A stretch of 64,000 nt of DNA from Candidatus Woesearchaeota archaeon (GCA_018303485.1 JAGVYC010000014.1:425-64424), one strand, 5' to 3'. Positions 20,307 through 31,570 are shown, counted from the first letter of the stretch. Notes: a model not told the origin generated them from the sequence alone. Numbers and translations are program-made.

Positions 20307-23300
20307 ATGAAAGAGTATTTTGATAATATAAACAGCAATCTGGCAAGCATATATTCTATAGCAAGGGCCGCAAAGAAAATGGGCTATGATCCAATTGATG
20401 ATGTTGAAACACCTCTTGCAAAAAACATGGCTGAGCGCATAGTAGGCATAATTTCTATTGTCGCCCCGCAAATAAAAGATAGCAATATAGTAGAAAGGCT
20501 ATTTGAACTGGAAAAGGAATATGGCGCTCAAGATTGGAGGGTTGCATTAAAAATTTCTGAAGAGGTAGCAAATGAAAAATTCTGCAAGTTTTCCAGCAAG
20601 AAAGAAGCCATGGAAGTAGGCATAAGAGTAGGCATAGCATACATAACAGTGGGTGTTGTCGCTAGCCCAATAGAGGGTTTTGTAGAGCTGAAATTCAGAA
20701 AAAGAAAAGACAACAAGGATTACATGGCTTTGTTTTACTCTGGTCCCATAAGAAGCGCAGGCGGTACAGCCGGTGCAGTTTCAGTCTTGATTGCTGACTA
20801 TATTAGGTGCAAAATGGGTTTAAGCACTTATGATATTACAGACCTAGAAGTAAAAAGAACAGTAACAGAACTTTATGATTACCATGAAAAAGTTACCAAC
20901 TTGCAGTATCTCCCAACAGAAGAAGAAATTAAGTTTTTATTGGAAAGATTGCCTGTTCAAATAGATGGCGATCCAAGCGAGGATTATGAAGTTAGTAATT
21001 ACAAGGATTTGGAAAGAATAGAAACAAACAGGATAAGAAACGGCGTTTGCCTGGTCATTGGAGAATGCCTTGCTTCAAAAGCCCAAAAATTATTAAAGCA
21101 AATAAATTCATGGGGAGAAGATTTTGGCTTGGAACATTGGTTTTTCCTTGATGATTTTGTCAAGTTGCAAAAAAAATTAAAATCAGCCGGCGCAGTTAAA
21201 GACGAAAATATAAAATTAGCGCCAGATTATACATTTATTAAGGATATTGTTGCTGGCCGCCCGATCTTGACATACCCTCTTGCAACAGGTGGTTTTAGAT
21301 TAAGATATGGCAGAACAAGAACATCAGGATTTTCTTCTGATGCAATTCATCCGAGTACAATGGTAATATTGGACAATTACATTGCCATAGGAACTCAATT
21401 AAAAACAGAGCGCCCGGGAAAATCAACAGTAATCAGCATATGCGATAAATTAGAAGGTCCGATTGTCAAGTTAAAAAATGGAGATGTTTTGTTTATAGAA
21501 GACGTAGATTCAGCAATAAAAATAAAAAATGAAATAGACGAAGTTTTATTCCTCGGTGATATTTTAATCAACTATGGTGATTTTTTCAACAGAGCCCATA
21601 AACTAGTACCCTGTGGTTATAATGAAGAATGGTACGCATTGGAACTTGAAAAAATAAATGCAGAGGATGCAAGGTTAAAAGAAATTATAAACAACCCTTA
21701 TGCAAAATATGATATAGACGATATAACAAGGATTGCTATACAATATGACGTGCCATTACATCCAAGATATACGTATCATTGGAAGGATATAAGCTACAGG
21801 CAATTTACAAGTTTCCTTAATTGGTATAAAACATCAGCAGGTTCAAATGACAAAATAATCCTTCCATTAAACCAAAGCATAGTTGTTGAAATAGACTTAG
21901 ATCCAAAAAGAGTTTTAGAATTGCTGGGCATACCCCACAAAGTTATAGCAAAAGAGCACATTATAATAGAAGGCGATGATGCAAAAGCAGTATTGTTTTA
22001 TTTCCGTAATCTTGACGTCTTTGAATTTGATGATGACAAAGATGTTTTATCAATAATAAACAAGCTTGCAGGCGTTAAAATAAGGGACAAATCAGGAACT
22101 TTCATAGGAGCAAGAATGGGCAGGCCGGAAAAAGCAAAAATAAGAAAATTAACAGGCAGCCCGCAAGTTCTTTTTTCAGTAGGCAAAGAAGGAGGCAAGA
22201 TGCGCAACCTTCAGGAAACATTGAAAATAGGCAAAATAGTAGCTGATTTTCCATTAAGATACTGTGAAACTTGCAGCAGGGAAACAATCTATCCAATATG
22301 CGAAAGCTGCAGCCAAAAAACAAAGCAAAATTATTACTGCTTTCACTGCAAAAAAACATACAATATACCTTGTTCTATGCATGAATCAGTCAATCATAAA
22401 TCAACTGAAATTGATATTAACTACTATTTCAAAAAAGCACTTGAAAAACTTAATTTAAGCGAATATCAGGAAATGATAAAGGGGGTTAGAGGCATTTCCA
22501 ATCAAGATAGCATACCAGAGCATTTGGTCAAGGGCATTCTAAGAAGCAAATACAACCTTTATGTAAACAAAGATGGCACAATAAGGTATGATATGACTGA
22601 GATGGCAATAACACATTTCAAGCCAAAAGAAATTGGAACTGGCATAGACACATTAAAAAAATTAGGATATACAAAAGATATTCATGGCAATGATTTAACA
22701 AATAACTCTCAAATCTTGGAGCTAAAACCACAAGATGTAATATTGCCAGCATGCAAAGAAAGTCTTGAAGAAGGTGCTGATGAAGTCCTTTTCAGGGTTT
22801 CAAAATTCATAGATGAGCTTTTAGTCAAGCTTTACAAGCAGAAAGAATTTTACAATTTAAAATCAAAAGAAGACTTAGTTAGCCATTACATAGTCGCAAT
22901 ATCCCCGCATACATCAGCAGGAATGGTCGGAAGAATAATAGGATTTTCAAAAACACAAGGATTTTTTGCGCACCCACTTCTACATAGTATTCTTAGGCGC
23001 GACGCAGATGGCGATGAGGCCTGCGTGATTCTTTTGATGGACTCACTCCTAAATTTTTCAAGAAAATTCCTGCCCCATAGCCGAGGATCTACACAAGACG
23101 CCCCATTAGTTCTTACATCAACATTAATCCCAAAAGAAGTTGATAACATGATTTTTGACATGGACATTGCCTGGAAATATCCCCTCGAGCTCTATGAAGC
23201 GGCATTAGAATATAAAAATCCATGGGAGGTTAAGATAGAAAAATTCGGCGATAATCTGGATACAGAAAAGCAATATTCTGGCCTTGGATTTACAATGGAC

Positions 23301-23750
23301 ACAGATGATTTAAACAATGGCATAAGGCATAGTGCTTATAAGTCAATTCCTTCAATGAGGGATAAAGTTCGGGGGCAGATGGTTATCGCAGAAAAACTTC
23401 GTGCTGTTAATGAAGATGATGTTGCTCGTTTGCTAATAGAAAGGCATTTTATACGTGATATCAGGGGAAACTTAAGAAAATTCTCCCAGCAGGAATTTAG
23501 GTGTGTTGCATGCAATGAAAAATATAGAAGGCCGCCTTTAATGGGCAGATGCTTGAAATGCAACGGCCGTTTAATATTCACGATTGCAGAAGGCAGCATA
23601 GTGAAATATTTAGAGCCAAGCTTTGATCTTGCAGAAAAATATACATTACCACCATACCTAAACCAGGTTTTGCACATAACAAGGAAAAGAATAGAAAGCA
23701 TCTTCGGCAAAGATCCTGAAAAACAAGAAGGCCTTACAAAATGGTTCTAA
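20307..23750 (+). CDS. polC: DNA polymerase D large subunit DP2
   Basis: GPIRSAGGT, GGFRLRYGRTR, GARMGRPEKAK, KDGTIRYD, RRDADGDE, Zn fingers, C-terminal PIP box QEGLTKWF; no intein. Confidence 0.97.
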   Translation: MKEYFDNINSNLASIYSIARAAKKMGYDPIDDVETPLAKNMAERIVGIISIVAPQIKDSNIVERLFELEKEYGAQDWRVALKISEEVANEKFCKFSSKKEAMEVGIRVGIAYITVGVVASPIEGFVELKFRKRKDNKDYMALFYSGPIRSAGGTAGAVSVLIADYIRCKMGLSTYDITDLEVKRTVTELYDYHEKVTNLQYLPTEEEIKFLLERLPVQIDGDPSEDYEVSNYKDLERIETNRIRNGVCLVIGECLASKAQKLLKQINSWGEDFGLEHWFFLDDFVKLQKKLKSAGAVKDENIKLAPDYTFIKDIVAGRPILTYPLATGGFRLRYGRTRTSGFSSDAIHPSTMVILDNYIAIGTQLKTERPGKSTVISICDKLEGPIVKLKNGDVLFIEDVDSAIKIKNEIDEVLFLGDILINYGDFFNRAHKLVPCGYNEEWYALELEKINAEDARLKEIINNPYAKYDIDDITRIAIQYDVPLHPRYTYHWKDISYRQFTSFLNWYKTSAGSNDKIILPLNQSIVVEIDLDPKRVLELLGIPHKVIAKEHIIIEGDDAKAVLFYFRNLDVFEFDDDKDVLSIINKLAGVKIRDKSGTFIGARMGRPEKAKIRKLTGSPQVLFSVGKEGGKMRNLQETLKIGKIVADFPLRYCETCSRETIYPICESCSQKTKQNYYCFHCKKTYNIPCSMHESVNHKSTEIDINYYFKKALEKLNLSEYQEMIKGVRGISNQDSIPEHLVKGILRSKYNLYVNKDGTIRYDMTEMAITHFKPKEIGTGIDTLKKLGYTKDIHGNDLTNNSQILELKPQDVILPACKESLEEGADEVLFRVSKFIDELLVKLYKQKEFYNLKSKEDLVSHYIVAISPHTSAGMVGRIIGFSKTQGFFAHPLLHSILRRDADGDEACVILLMDSLLNFSRKFLPHSRGSTQDAPLVLTSTLIPKEVDNMIFDMDIAWKYPLELYEAALEYKNPWEVKIEKFGDNLDTEKQYSGLGFTMDTDDLNNGIRHSAYKSIPSMRDKVRGQMVIAEKLRAVNEDDVARLLIERHFIRDIRGNLRKFSQQEFRCVACNEKYRRPPLMGRCLKCNGRLIFTIAEGSIVKYLEPSFDLAEKYTLPPYLNQVLHITRKRIESIFGKDPEKQEGLTKWF

Positions 23751-24970
23751 AGCAAGTAATAAAATATAATTGGTATTATCAAGCAAGCCATTAAATGATT
23801 TCTGCTCACTTTTTTAACAATTGGCATAATTCCTATTGCAGCGCCGATCAACAATATAAAAACACCGCTTAACTTGGATATAAATAATACCAATAAAAAA
23901 ATAAATAAAATAAGGCCATATGAAACTATTTTGTAATTAATTTTCTCTATAAATTTAACAAAAACCCTCGCCAACAAAATGCTTATTATTGCAGCAATGC
24001 CTGCAGCAAATAAAACCTCGCCAATAAACAAAACCAAATATTCTGTTAAACTAGAATAAAACACATTTGCCATGATTGCAACAGCACCATTTCTTGCCTT
24101 GTTAATTGTAAATAAAGCTATAATTGCTATTATCATTACTATGGAATTTATAGCGCTTACTAAAACAATATAGCTTCTTTTTCCATACCTCCTTGAAAAT
24201 GAAGTTGCTAATACAGATGCTTGCGCACTCCCCATTCCTGGCAGAAAACCAACGAGCAATGAAGCAAAAACACTGTTTGACAAGATTTTAAAAATTCTTA
24301 TAGTTTTTAATTTCACTTTTGTTATGAACTGCTTTGGTATGATTGCATAATTGCTTATGCTGATTATTAATGAGCTTATCCCAAACAAGCCAGAAAACAT
24401 AGGAAACAAAACCTCATTTACATTTAAATTAAATGCAGCTATCCCAAACAAGCCAGAGATAAAAACTATAATTAACGCCCAAATTTTGTTCTTTTCTTTC
24501 ACAACAAGAATTATCAATGAAATTATCAGGATATATGGTATTAAATTCTTTATATTTCTATAAACAGCACCAGCACCAGCAAAAATAATAGGGGATAATG
24601 GTACTATGATTAAGATTCCAAACAAGCATCCAGCTACAGCAAGGAATATTGCTTCATAAGCCTTGCCATCTAGTAGCATTCTTTGTGCAGGCAATAGCAT
24701 AATTGCATCATCAGCATTTGCAACACCCAAAAATGTTGCTGGTATAAAGTCAACAAATATATGAGTTACAGCAATAGCCAATATTGACACAGCAGCAAAT
24801 AATGGGTTAACATTAATTAATGGCAATAAAGCAGCAATGCTTATGGCTACAAGGTTAATATGCATGCCTGGCAGTATGCCTGTTAAAATACCTATTGCAA
24901 CACCCAAAACAATAAAAATTATAAATTCAAATATCATACTATAGGCCGTATTTTTCCTTTTAATAAGCAT
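23747..24970 (-). CDS. TctA/DUF112-family membrane protein
   Basis: GILTGILPGMHIN, THIFVDFIPATFLG, LPGMGSAQA, ARNGA. Confidence 0.8.
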   Translation of the reverse strand: MLIKRKNTAYSMIFEFIIFIVLGVAIGILTGILPGMHINLVAISIAALLPLINVNPLFAAVSILAIAVTHIFVDFIPATFLGVANADDAIMLLPAQRMLLDGKAYEAIFLAVAGCLFGILIIVPLSPIIFAGAGAVYRNIKNLIPYILIISLIILVVKEKNKIWALIIVFISGLFGIAAFNLNVNEVLFPMFSGLFGISSLIISISNYAIIPKQFITKVKLKTIRIFKILSNSVFASLLVGFLPGMGSAQASVLATSFSRRYGKRSYIVLVSAINSIVMIIAIIALFTINKARNGAVAIMANVFYSSLTEYLVLFIGEVLFAAGIAAIISILLARVFVKFIEKINYKIVSYGLILFIFLLVLFISKLSGVFILLIGAAIGIMPIVKKVSRNHLMACLIIPIIFYYLL

Positions 24971-25084
24971 TAATCAAGAAAAACCGCAGAATATTCAGGC
25001 TAACCGAAAGCTTTTTAAGATTTTGTACCACTCCAAAGTGGATCTGAAAGTACATAGTTGGAAAATAAGAACAAGAGTTAAAAA

Positions 25085-27118
25085 ATGAAAGAAGGCGAAC
25101 AAAATAAAGTAAAAGTAGATTTTGCTAAGTTGATGGACTATGCTAAAAAGCTAGGTATATATCATACAGCACAAAAGGGTTTTGATGAAAGTGTAACAGA
25201 TCATAGCAGCAAGATAGATTCAACATTAGTTGAATTTGCTGGTAGCTACCCTATTTTTTATGAAATTCTTGAGATATTATCAACAGATCCTCTCGGTAAA
25301 GAAAAATTATCTGGTATAAAGGAAAAATTTAATGGGTTAAGAAAAGACATCGAAGATAATTATCAAAAAAATGTATTGAGATTTAGCAATGAAAGAAAGA
25401 CGCTTGAAGATCGCCTGCAAAATATAGTCAGCCACATTGCCAATAAATCAGAAGACATGTTGCATTTGAGAAGCGTATTTCCTGAGCTATTTGAAGAAAG
25501 TGAGGACCAAAAAGAAACACCAAAACACGAGGTTAGTCTATTAGAAAAGACAGTAGAAAAACTTAAAACTGCAGAATACAGCACAAATAAAAAGTTAAAT
25601 GTCGTAAAAGAGCAAGAAGGTTCATATATAAAAACATATAATAAAACAAAATTAATTCTTACAAGAACAGAAGCAGCATTAACTGCAAAAGTGGATATTG
25701 GCGGTTTTAATCATACATTTAAATTAGATAAATTATTTGAACAAGCTCCTGAACAAGCTCCTGAACAAGCTTATGAAGAAAAAATTTCAAAGTTAAAAGA
25801 AATTATTTCCGTTTCAGGATCCAGAGATTATGCAACAGCTAAAATATCAACATTAGCAAAATTAGGATTATTATCATTAGCTACATTTGTAACAGCCTTA
25901 GGCTTTTATTATGGTTCTAAAAATCTAAAGCGTTCAATCATACAACCTGTTAAAAAAGAAGCAATAGTTTATGAAATGCCAAAACCAACACCATTACCAA
26001 TACCTACCATTATAGGTTTACAAATGCAAGAAACAGCCCAAGATACAATAACTCCTGCTCCAACACCAGTAATTACAGAAAAGCAAAAACAATCTCAAAT
26101 AGAAACAGTACCACAAATACAAATTGTTGAGAAACAAGAAGAAGAAAAGCAGCAAGAGGCAGCCAAAACCAGAAAAGACAAAACAATCAAGATTCAAGCT
26201 CAAAAAGGATGGGGGTTTAGCAACTATGCTGCTATTAATCTAGGCTTCACAAGTTTCGAAGAATTAAGCAAAATGAAGCATAAAGAAAAAATGAAATTAT
26301 ATAATAATCTTCCAGCAGATCAAAGAAAAAGTTTAGAATATGAAGTTGACAGAATATGGAAAGACAATAAAAATGAAAAAGGTTTCAGCAAAACAAACAA
26401 GCATTATATAGCTTCAAATGCAGGGCTCATAGTTACCTCCCTTGATGAAGGAGTATACAATCAATATGCATTTATTAAATTTGATATTGGCAAACTAGTT
26501 GAAATTGCACAAGTTGCTGAACAACCTCAAAAACTAGAAGAAAAAATAACAATGCAAGAAGAAAAGAGATCTGAAACAACAAAAAAATCAAATCTTGTTG
26601 CAGAATATAAAATAGAAAGAGCCAATAAAAACTGCCTGGGCGACTGGAATAAAGATAATGTTGAATTATCATCAGAAGAATTAAAGAAAAAGTATGAAGC
26701 ATTGCTAGACATGACAAGAAAACCACTATGCGCATATTTCAATATATACAACAACACTTATATCAAGATGTATGGAAAAACAAACCAAGCTATGATCTCA
26801 GCATGGAATAATTACAGATTAACAAAAAACATAGACCAATTTAGAAATTCCATTAAAGAATCATTGAAGAGCTTGCATTTAAGCAGGGATAAAAGCAACA
26901 GATTGAGGGTAAAAACACCTAAAGAAAGTATAGATTCAAATAAAGTAGCAGGTGTTTATATCAACGCATCTCAAGTTCAGGGTATTATGATCGCATTGGA
27001 ATCTGACCTTAATATTTACATCAATGGGGCAAGCAACAAAGATGATAATAGATTTAAAGATGATATGAATTCAATCTATTGGATAATTTCAGATTACAAG
27101 AGCTCTTTAAAACTATAA
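25085..27118 (+). CDS. Large single-TM hypothetical protein with Pro/Gln-rich linker
   Basis: 677 aa; TM LGLLSLATFVTALGFYYG; PKPTPLPIP, TPAPTP segments. Confidence 0.7.
   Translation: MKEGEQNKVKVDFAKLMDYAKKLGIYHTAQKGFDESVTDHSSKIDSTLVEFAGSYPIFYEILEILSTDPLGKEKLSGIKEKFNGLRKDIEDNYQKNVLRFSNERKTLEDRLQNIVSHIANKSEDMLHLRSVFPELFEESEDQKETPKHEVSLLEKTVEKLKTAEYSTNKKLNVVKEQEGSYIKTYNKTKLILTRTEAALTAKVDIGGFNHTFKLDKLFEQAPEQAPEQAYEEKISKLKEIISVSGSRDYATAKISTLAKLGLLSLATFVTALGFYYGSKNLKRSIIQPVKKEAIVYEMPKPTPLPIPTIIGLQMQETAQDTITPAPTPVITEKQKQSQIETVPQIQIVEKQEEEKQQEAAKTRKDKTIKIQAQKGWGFSNYAAINLGFTSFEELSKMKHKEKMKLYNNLPADQRKSLEYEVDRIWKDNKNEKGFSKTNKHYIASNAGLIVTSLDEGVYNQYAFIKFDIGKLVEIAQVAEQPQKLEEKITMQEEKRSETTKKSNLVAEYKIERANKNCLGDWNKDNVELSSEELKKKYEALLDMTRKPLCAYFNIYNNTYIKMYGKTNQAMISAWNNYRLTKNIDQFRNSIKESLKSLHLSRDKSNRLRVKTPKESIDSNKVAGVYINASQVQGIMIALESDLNIYINGASNKDDNRFKDDMNSIYWIISDYKSSLKL
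25739..25771 (+). repeat. 12-bp tandem repeat GAACAAGCTCCT x2.75 (EQAP)
   Basis: Read directly. Confidence 0.85.
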
Positions 27119-27463
27119 CTTTTTAATTAAATCAGCTTCAATTTCTAATTCATTATCATATTTTTTAACAAAGCCAGTAATTTCTACAATGTCATTCTTG
27201 AATATTTGAATTTTATCCTCATCTTTGTAAGCTATAACTTTAATAGAACCACTATCATCTTTTATTCCAAGTATTGCAATATTCGTTAGTTCCCTTTTAT
27301 ATTCAACAATGCCTTTAATCTTAACATTCTTTTCCAATAAAGATTCATTGACTGAAACTATACTTGATTCAGAAAAATCAATCTTTTCAACCATAATAAT
27401 CATTATAAACATCCCAATTAACGAAGTGCTTATTGCAATCTTGAACAATGTCTTTTCTTCCAT
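27113..27463 (-). CDS. Membrane-anchored OB-fold protein
   Basis: N-terminal TM; VKIKGIV...IKDDSGSIKV...VEITGFVKKYDNELEIEA. Confidence 0.8.
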   Translation of the reverse strand: MEEKTLFKIAISTSLIGMFIMIIMVEKIDFSESSIVSVNESLLEKNVKIKGIVEYKRELTNIAILGIKDDSGSIKVIAYKDEDKIQIFKNDIVEITGFVKKYDNELEIEADLIKKL

Positions 27464-27612
27464 GCCATAATTTTAAAACAAGTCCATTCATAAAGACATC
27501 TTAAAAATTTGCGTAAAAACACATTATCAACTCGAAAGTCTTCCATAAAACCTAATAGCAAATAACAAACTCTCCAGATAATTTTATAAAGTTATAACAT
27601 AAGCTTAATCAT

Positions 27613-28746
27613 ATGGACATAGAAGCAAAATTAAAATTGATAAAGAGAAACGCAGAAGAAATAATGACAGAAGAAGATATGAAGCATCTTTTAGAAACAG
27701 GCGAAAAATTAAAACACTATATAGGTTTTGAAATTTCTGGAAAGATTCATATTGGCACAGGGATAATGTGCATGTCTAAGGTAAAGGATTTTCAGGATGC
27801 AGGCGTGAACTGCTCTATATTCTTGGCAGATTGGCACTCGTGGATAAATGATAAATTAGGTGGTGATTTAGAGACAATCAAAAAAGTTGCAGTAAACTAT
27901 TTTAAAGAAGGATTAACAGCAAGCTTAAAATGTGTTGGTGGTGATCCAGAAAAAATTAAATTTATATTGGGCAGCGAACTATATCATAATAATGATAAAT
28001 ATTGGCAAACTATGATTGAAATTAGCAAAAATATTTCTTTAAGTAGGATAAGTAGAAGCATAACTATAGCTGGCAGAAAAGAAGGTGAAGCAGTAGACTT
28101 TGCAAAAATGATTTATCCTCCAATGCAAGTCGCAGATATCTTTATACAAGGTTTAAACATGCCTCATGCAGGTTTAGATCAAAGAAAGGCCCAGGTAATA
28201 GCAAGAGATGTTGCATTAAAGCTTAAAATAAGTCCGATAAAGAACAAAAAAGGCGAGGTTATAAAACCAGTTGCAGTCCACCATCATCTTATATTAGGCT
28301 TAAAAAAGCCGCCCGTTTGGCCAGTTCCAGAAGAAAACCTTCAAGAGCTGTGGTCATCACTAAAAATGTCGAAATCCATTCCAGATTCAGCTATATTCAT
28401 AACAGATGAGGCATCAGAAATTGAAAGAAAGATAAACTCAGCCTTTTGTATGGAAGGAGAAATAAAATTTAATCCTATTTTAGATTGGACCAAACACCTT
28501 TTATTCAGGGATGACAAATTTGTTTTAGAAATTGACAGACCAGAAAAATTCGGTGGTAATATTTCCCTTGAATCATATGCCGAACTAGAAAAAGCATTTG
28601 TAGATAGAAAATTACATCCAATGGATTTAAAGAAGGCTGTTGCGCGAGAGATAACAAAGCTTCTTGAACCAGCAAGAAAGCATTTTGAACAGCCTAAATT
28701 CAAAAAGATGAAAGATGAAATGGAAAAGCTTCTGATAACAAGATAA
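27613..28746 (+). CDS. tyrS: Tyrosyl-tRNA synthetase
   Basis: YIGFEISGKIHIG, YPPMQVADI, GLDQRK, KMSKS, LHPMDLK. Confidence 0.96.
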   Translation: MDIEAKLKLIKRNAEEIMTEEDMKHLLETGEKLKHYIGFEISGKIHIGTGIMCMSKVKDFQDAGVNCSIFLADWHSWINDKLGGDLETIKKVAVNYFKEGLTASLKCVGGDPEKIKFILGSELYHNNDKYWQTMIEISKNISLSRISRSITIAGRKEGEAVDFAKMIYPPMQVADIFIQGLNMPHAGLDQRKAQVIARDVALKLKISPIKNKKGEVIKPVAVHHHLILGLKKPPVWPVPEENLQELWSSLKMSKSIPDSAIFITDEASEIERKINSAFCMEGEIKFNPILDWTKHLLFRDDKFVLEIDRPEKFGGNISLESYAELEKAFVDRKLHPMDLKKAVAREITKLLEPARKHFEQPKFKKMKDEMEKLLITR

Positions 28747-28849
28747 AAATTATTATACTGTTATGCAGAAAACTTTAAAAAGAACATCAACATAAGATAT
28801 GTAAACATGAGGTACCATATTAGTTCTATGATAAAATTAATATTAGCTA

Positions 28850-29983
28850 GTGGTGTTTATGGAAGGTAGCATTAATATAGAAAAAGAGGATAGTGTAGTA
28901 AATAGTGGTTTGGAAAAAGAAAACAGAGTATTAAAAGAAACATTGCTGAATCTGAGAAAAGAGCTGAATAAATTCAATGAAAGGCCATTAGTGGTATGTG
29001 AAGTAAAAAATGTCTTTGGGGATAGAGCCATGATAAAGCTTCCTAATGGCAATAACTTCGTTGTTAATGTTTCAAAAAATTTAATCAATAAAATATCAGC
29101 TTCAGACCTGGTTTTAAGCGAACAAAGATCTTTAACCATAGTTGACAGGCTTGAAAAGATAAAAACCCACAGTGTTGAAAACTTCATCATTATAGAAAAG
29201 CCAAGCATAAAATGGGGAGACCTTGGCGGCTTGGAAGATCAAATAATGGAGATAAAAGAAGTAATAGAGCTCCCATTAAAGAAACCAGAATTATTCAAAG
29301 AAGTCGGCATTGACCCGCCAAAAGGCATCCTGCTGTATGGTCCAAGCGGAACAGGTAAAACATTGCTTGCAAAAGCAGTTGCTTCATCAACAAATGCTAC
29401 ATTCATTGAAATCGTGGGCAGCGAGCTAAACCAAAAATTCATCGGCGAAGGTGCTAAATTAGTAAAAGATATATTCCAATTGGCAAAGGAAAAAGGTCCA
29501 AGCATAATATTCATTGATGAAATAGACGCATTAGCTGCAGAAAGATTGGATATTGGCACTTCAGGAGAGCGCGAAGTCCAGAGAACCTTTATGCAATTCC
29601 TTTCTGAAATAGATGGTTTTAAATCACTTGATAATGTAAAAATCATTGCATCAACAAATAGAATTGATATTTTAGATCCAGCTTTGCTAAGGCCTGGAAG
29701 GTTTGATCGATTAATAGAAGTGCCTCTACCAAAAGCAGAAGCAAGAGAAGATATATTCAAAATACATATGCGCGATATGAGCATGGATGAAGATGTAAAG
29801 CTCCATAGGCTTGTTAAAGATACAGAAGGTTTTTCAGGAGCAGATATAAAAGCAGTATGCACAGAAGCGGGTTATTTAGCAATAAGAGAAAACAGAGTAA
29901 AAGTGTATTTGTCTGACTTCTTAAAATCTATAGAAAAGATTAATGGCAATGACTTTGAAGAAAATAGTATAATGTTTGGTTAA
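28850..29983 (+). CDS. pan: Proteasome-activating nucleotidase PAN
   Basis: Coiled coil + OB, GPSGTGKT, FIGEGA pore loop, IFIDEID, DPALLRPGRFDR, C-terminal MFG. Confidence 0.93.
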   Translation: MVFMEGSINIEKEDSVVNSGLEKENRVLKETLLNLRKELNKFNERPLVVCEVKNVFGDRAMIKLPNGNNFVVNVSKNLINKISASDLVLSEQRSLTIVDRLEKIKTHSVENFIIIEKPSIKWGDLGGLEDQIMEIKEVIELPLKKPELFKEVGIDPPKGILLYGPSGTGKTLLAKAVASSTNATFIEIVGSELNQKFIGEGAKLVKDIFQLAKEKGPSIIFIDEIDALAAERLDIGTSGEREVQRTFMQFLSEIDGFKSLDNVKIIASTNRIDILDPALLRPGRFDRLIEVPLPKAEAREDIFKIHMRDMSMDEDVKLHRLVKDTEGFSGADIKAVCTEAGYLAIRENRVKVYLSDFLKSIEKINGNDFEENSIMFG

Positions 29984-29995
29984 TTATTCTTTCAT

Positions 29996-30739
29996 ATGAA
30001 AAATATATTAAAAATATCCACATCTCAAGGTTCATTAAATAAAAACATAGGTTCTGAATTAGCCCCCTCTGAAATTATAAAGCACATAAAAAAAAAATTC
30101 AAACTATATTCAGTGTTAATTGATAGTCTAAATATGGAAATAACGAACTTAAATATATTCAATTCAGCAACAGGTTTTACTGGCATAATAATTGGAGGTG
30201 ATCATTCAATAACATATTCTGCATTTAAAGCCATGGCAGAAAAATGCAAAAACCCTGGATTAATCATGCTTGACGCTCATGTGGATTGCACCAGTTATAT
30301 TAAGCCACCAAGTCATGAAGATTTTTTAAGAGTTCTTCTGGAAGATAGTATTCTAAAACAAAAAAATACCCTTCTTATAGGTGTTAGAAATGTGTACAAT
30401 GCAGAAAAATCATACATTAAAACGAAAAAAATAAATATAATAACAATGCAAAACATCATAAACTACAAAAAATTCCTGCCATATTTTTCAAAATTAGATG
30501 CAGTATACTTGAGCATAGATATAGATGTTTTAGACCCAAAAATAGCATCAGGCACACATTACAAAGTAAAGGGGGGCATGGGTAAAAAAACAATATTCTC
30601 CATACTGAAAGATATAAAAAAACTAAAAAACCTAAAGATAGTTGATATAGTGGAAGTAAATCCTAAACTGGATAAAGCAAATAAAACAGTCAAAATAGCA
30701 GCAGAATTAATAGATTTTTTTCACCATACTAAAAAATGA
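29996..30739 (+). CDS. Arginase/agmatinase (ureohydrolase) family protein
   Basis: GGDHS, DAHVD, SIDIDVLDP, DIVEVNP. Confidence 0.9.
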   Translation: MKNILKISTSQGSLNKNIGSELAPSEIIKHIKKKFKLYSVLIDSLNMEITNLNIFNSATGFTGIIIGGDHSITYSAFKAMAEKCKNPGLIMLDAHVDCTSYIKPPSHEDFLRVLLEDSILKQKNTLLIGVRNVYNAEKSYIKTKKINIITMQNIINYKKFLPYFSKLDAVYLSIDIDVLDPKIASGTHYKVKGGMGKKTIFSILKDIKKLKNLKIVDIVEVNPKLDKANKTVKIAAELIDFFHHTKK

Positions 30740-31260
30740 GATTATTCATATCAGTTTTAGTAAGCAAAGAAGTAGAAAACTATCTTAAGGAAATACAAAA
30801 GCTATTTTCCAATTCAGGGGATTTTAAATTTACTAAAAGCTTCCATATAACATTAAAATTTCTTGGCTGGGTTGATGATAATAAACTAAAACATATAGAC
30901 AGCCTTCTAAAAGAAATAACTTACAACAGCTTTGAATTGCAGCTAAATAATCTAGGTGTTTTTCCAAGTCCATCAAGCGCAAGAGTGTTATGGGTAGATG
31001 CTATTGGCAGCATAAATGGCTTGCAAAAACAAATAGAGCTAAAATTAAAAAAAGAATTTGGCGAAGAAACAAGATTTAAATCCCATATAACACTTGCCAT
31101 GATAAAAAAAATTAATGATAAAGGCAAATTTAAGGAGCTGCTTTCAAAGGTAAATATTAAAAGCTTAAAATTTCAAGTTTCAGATTTTAGGCTGGTTAAA
31201 AGCGAGCTAAGGATTACAGGCCCAATATATACTGATTTAGCATCTTACAAGCTTAAATAA
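30736..31260 (+). CDS. thpR: RNA 2',3'-cyclic phosphodiesterase (2'-5' RNA ligase family)
   Basis: MRLFI, two HxT motifs HITLKFLG and HITLA, SEL..TGPIY. Confidence 0.92.
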   Translation: MRLFISVLVSKEVENYLKEIQKLFSNSGDFKFTKSFHITLKFLGWVDDNKLKHIDSLLKEITYNSFELQLNNLGVFPSPSSARVLWVDAIGSINGLQKQIELKLKKEFGEETRFKSHITLAMIKKINDKGKFKELLSKVNIKSLKFQVSDFRLVKSELRITGPIYTDLASYKLK

Positions 31261-31268
31261 TCATATAA

Positions 31269-31547
31269 TCATGCTTTCATGCCTTTTAGAATGTTATGGT
31301 TTATAACCCATTTCTTCCTTATTAAATATTCTTTTTTTCGTTTATTCATCTTGATATTTGTTATAATTCCGATTTCCCTTAGCTCAAGTAAAAGGCTCTT
31401 TGTAAATTCATTATCCCTTCTTAAAGCAACAGCAATCTCATTTGTAAACATGGGTTTCAATGGATTTTCATACAGCACATTAACAATGTCATCTTTCAAT
31501 AAATTAATAGTCTTTTTAGACAACTTAACCATAAAATCAAAAAACAC
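31269..31547 (-). CDS. Small winged-helix protein
   Basis: FTNEIAVALRRDNEFTKSLLLELREIG HTH-like; likely ATG at 31532. Confidence 0.65.
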   Translation of the reverse strand: MFFDFMVKLSKKTINLLKDDIVNVLYENPLKPMFTNEIAVALRRDNEFTKSLLLELREIGIITNIKMNKRKKEYLIRKKWVINHNILKGMKA

Positions 31548-31570
31548 TATGTTTATTTAAATCTTTCCAC

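Noticed and set aside
14453-23750. Inteins in LonB, Cdc6 or DP2
   Set aside because: Lengths are normal, motifs contiguous, and no splice-junction or LAGLIDADG blocks are visible.
29960-29983. PAN tail MFG instead of HbYX
   Set aside because: Conservative Tyr-to-Phe change; too minor to support a claim.
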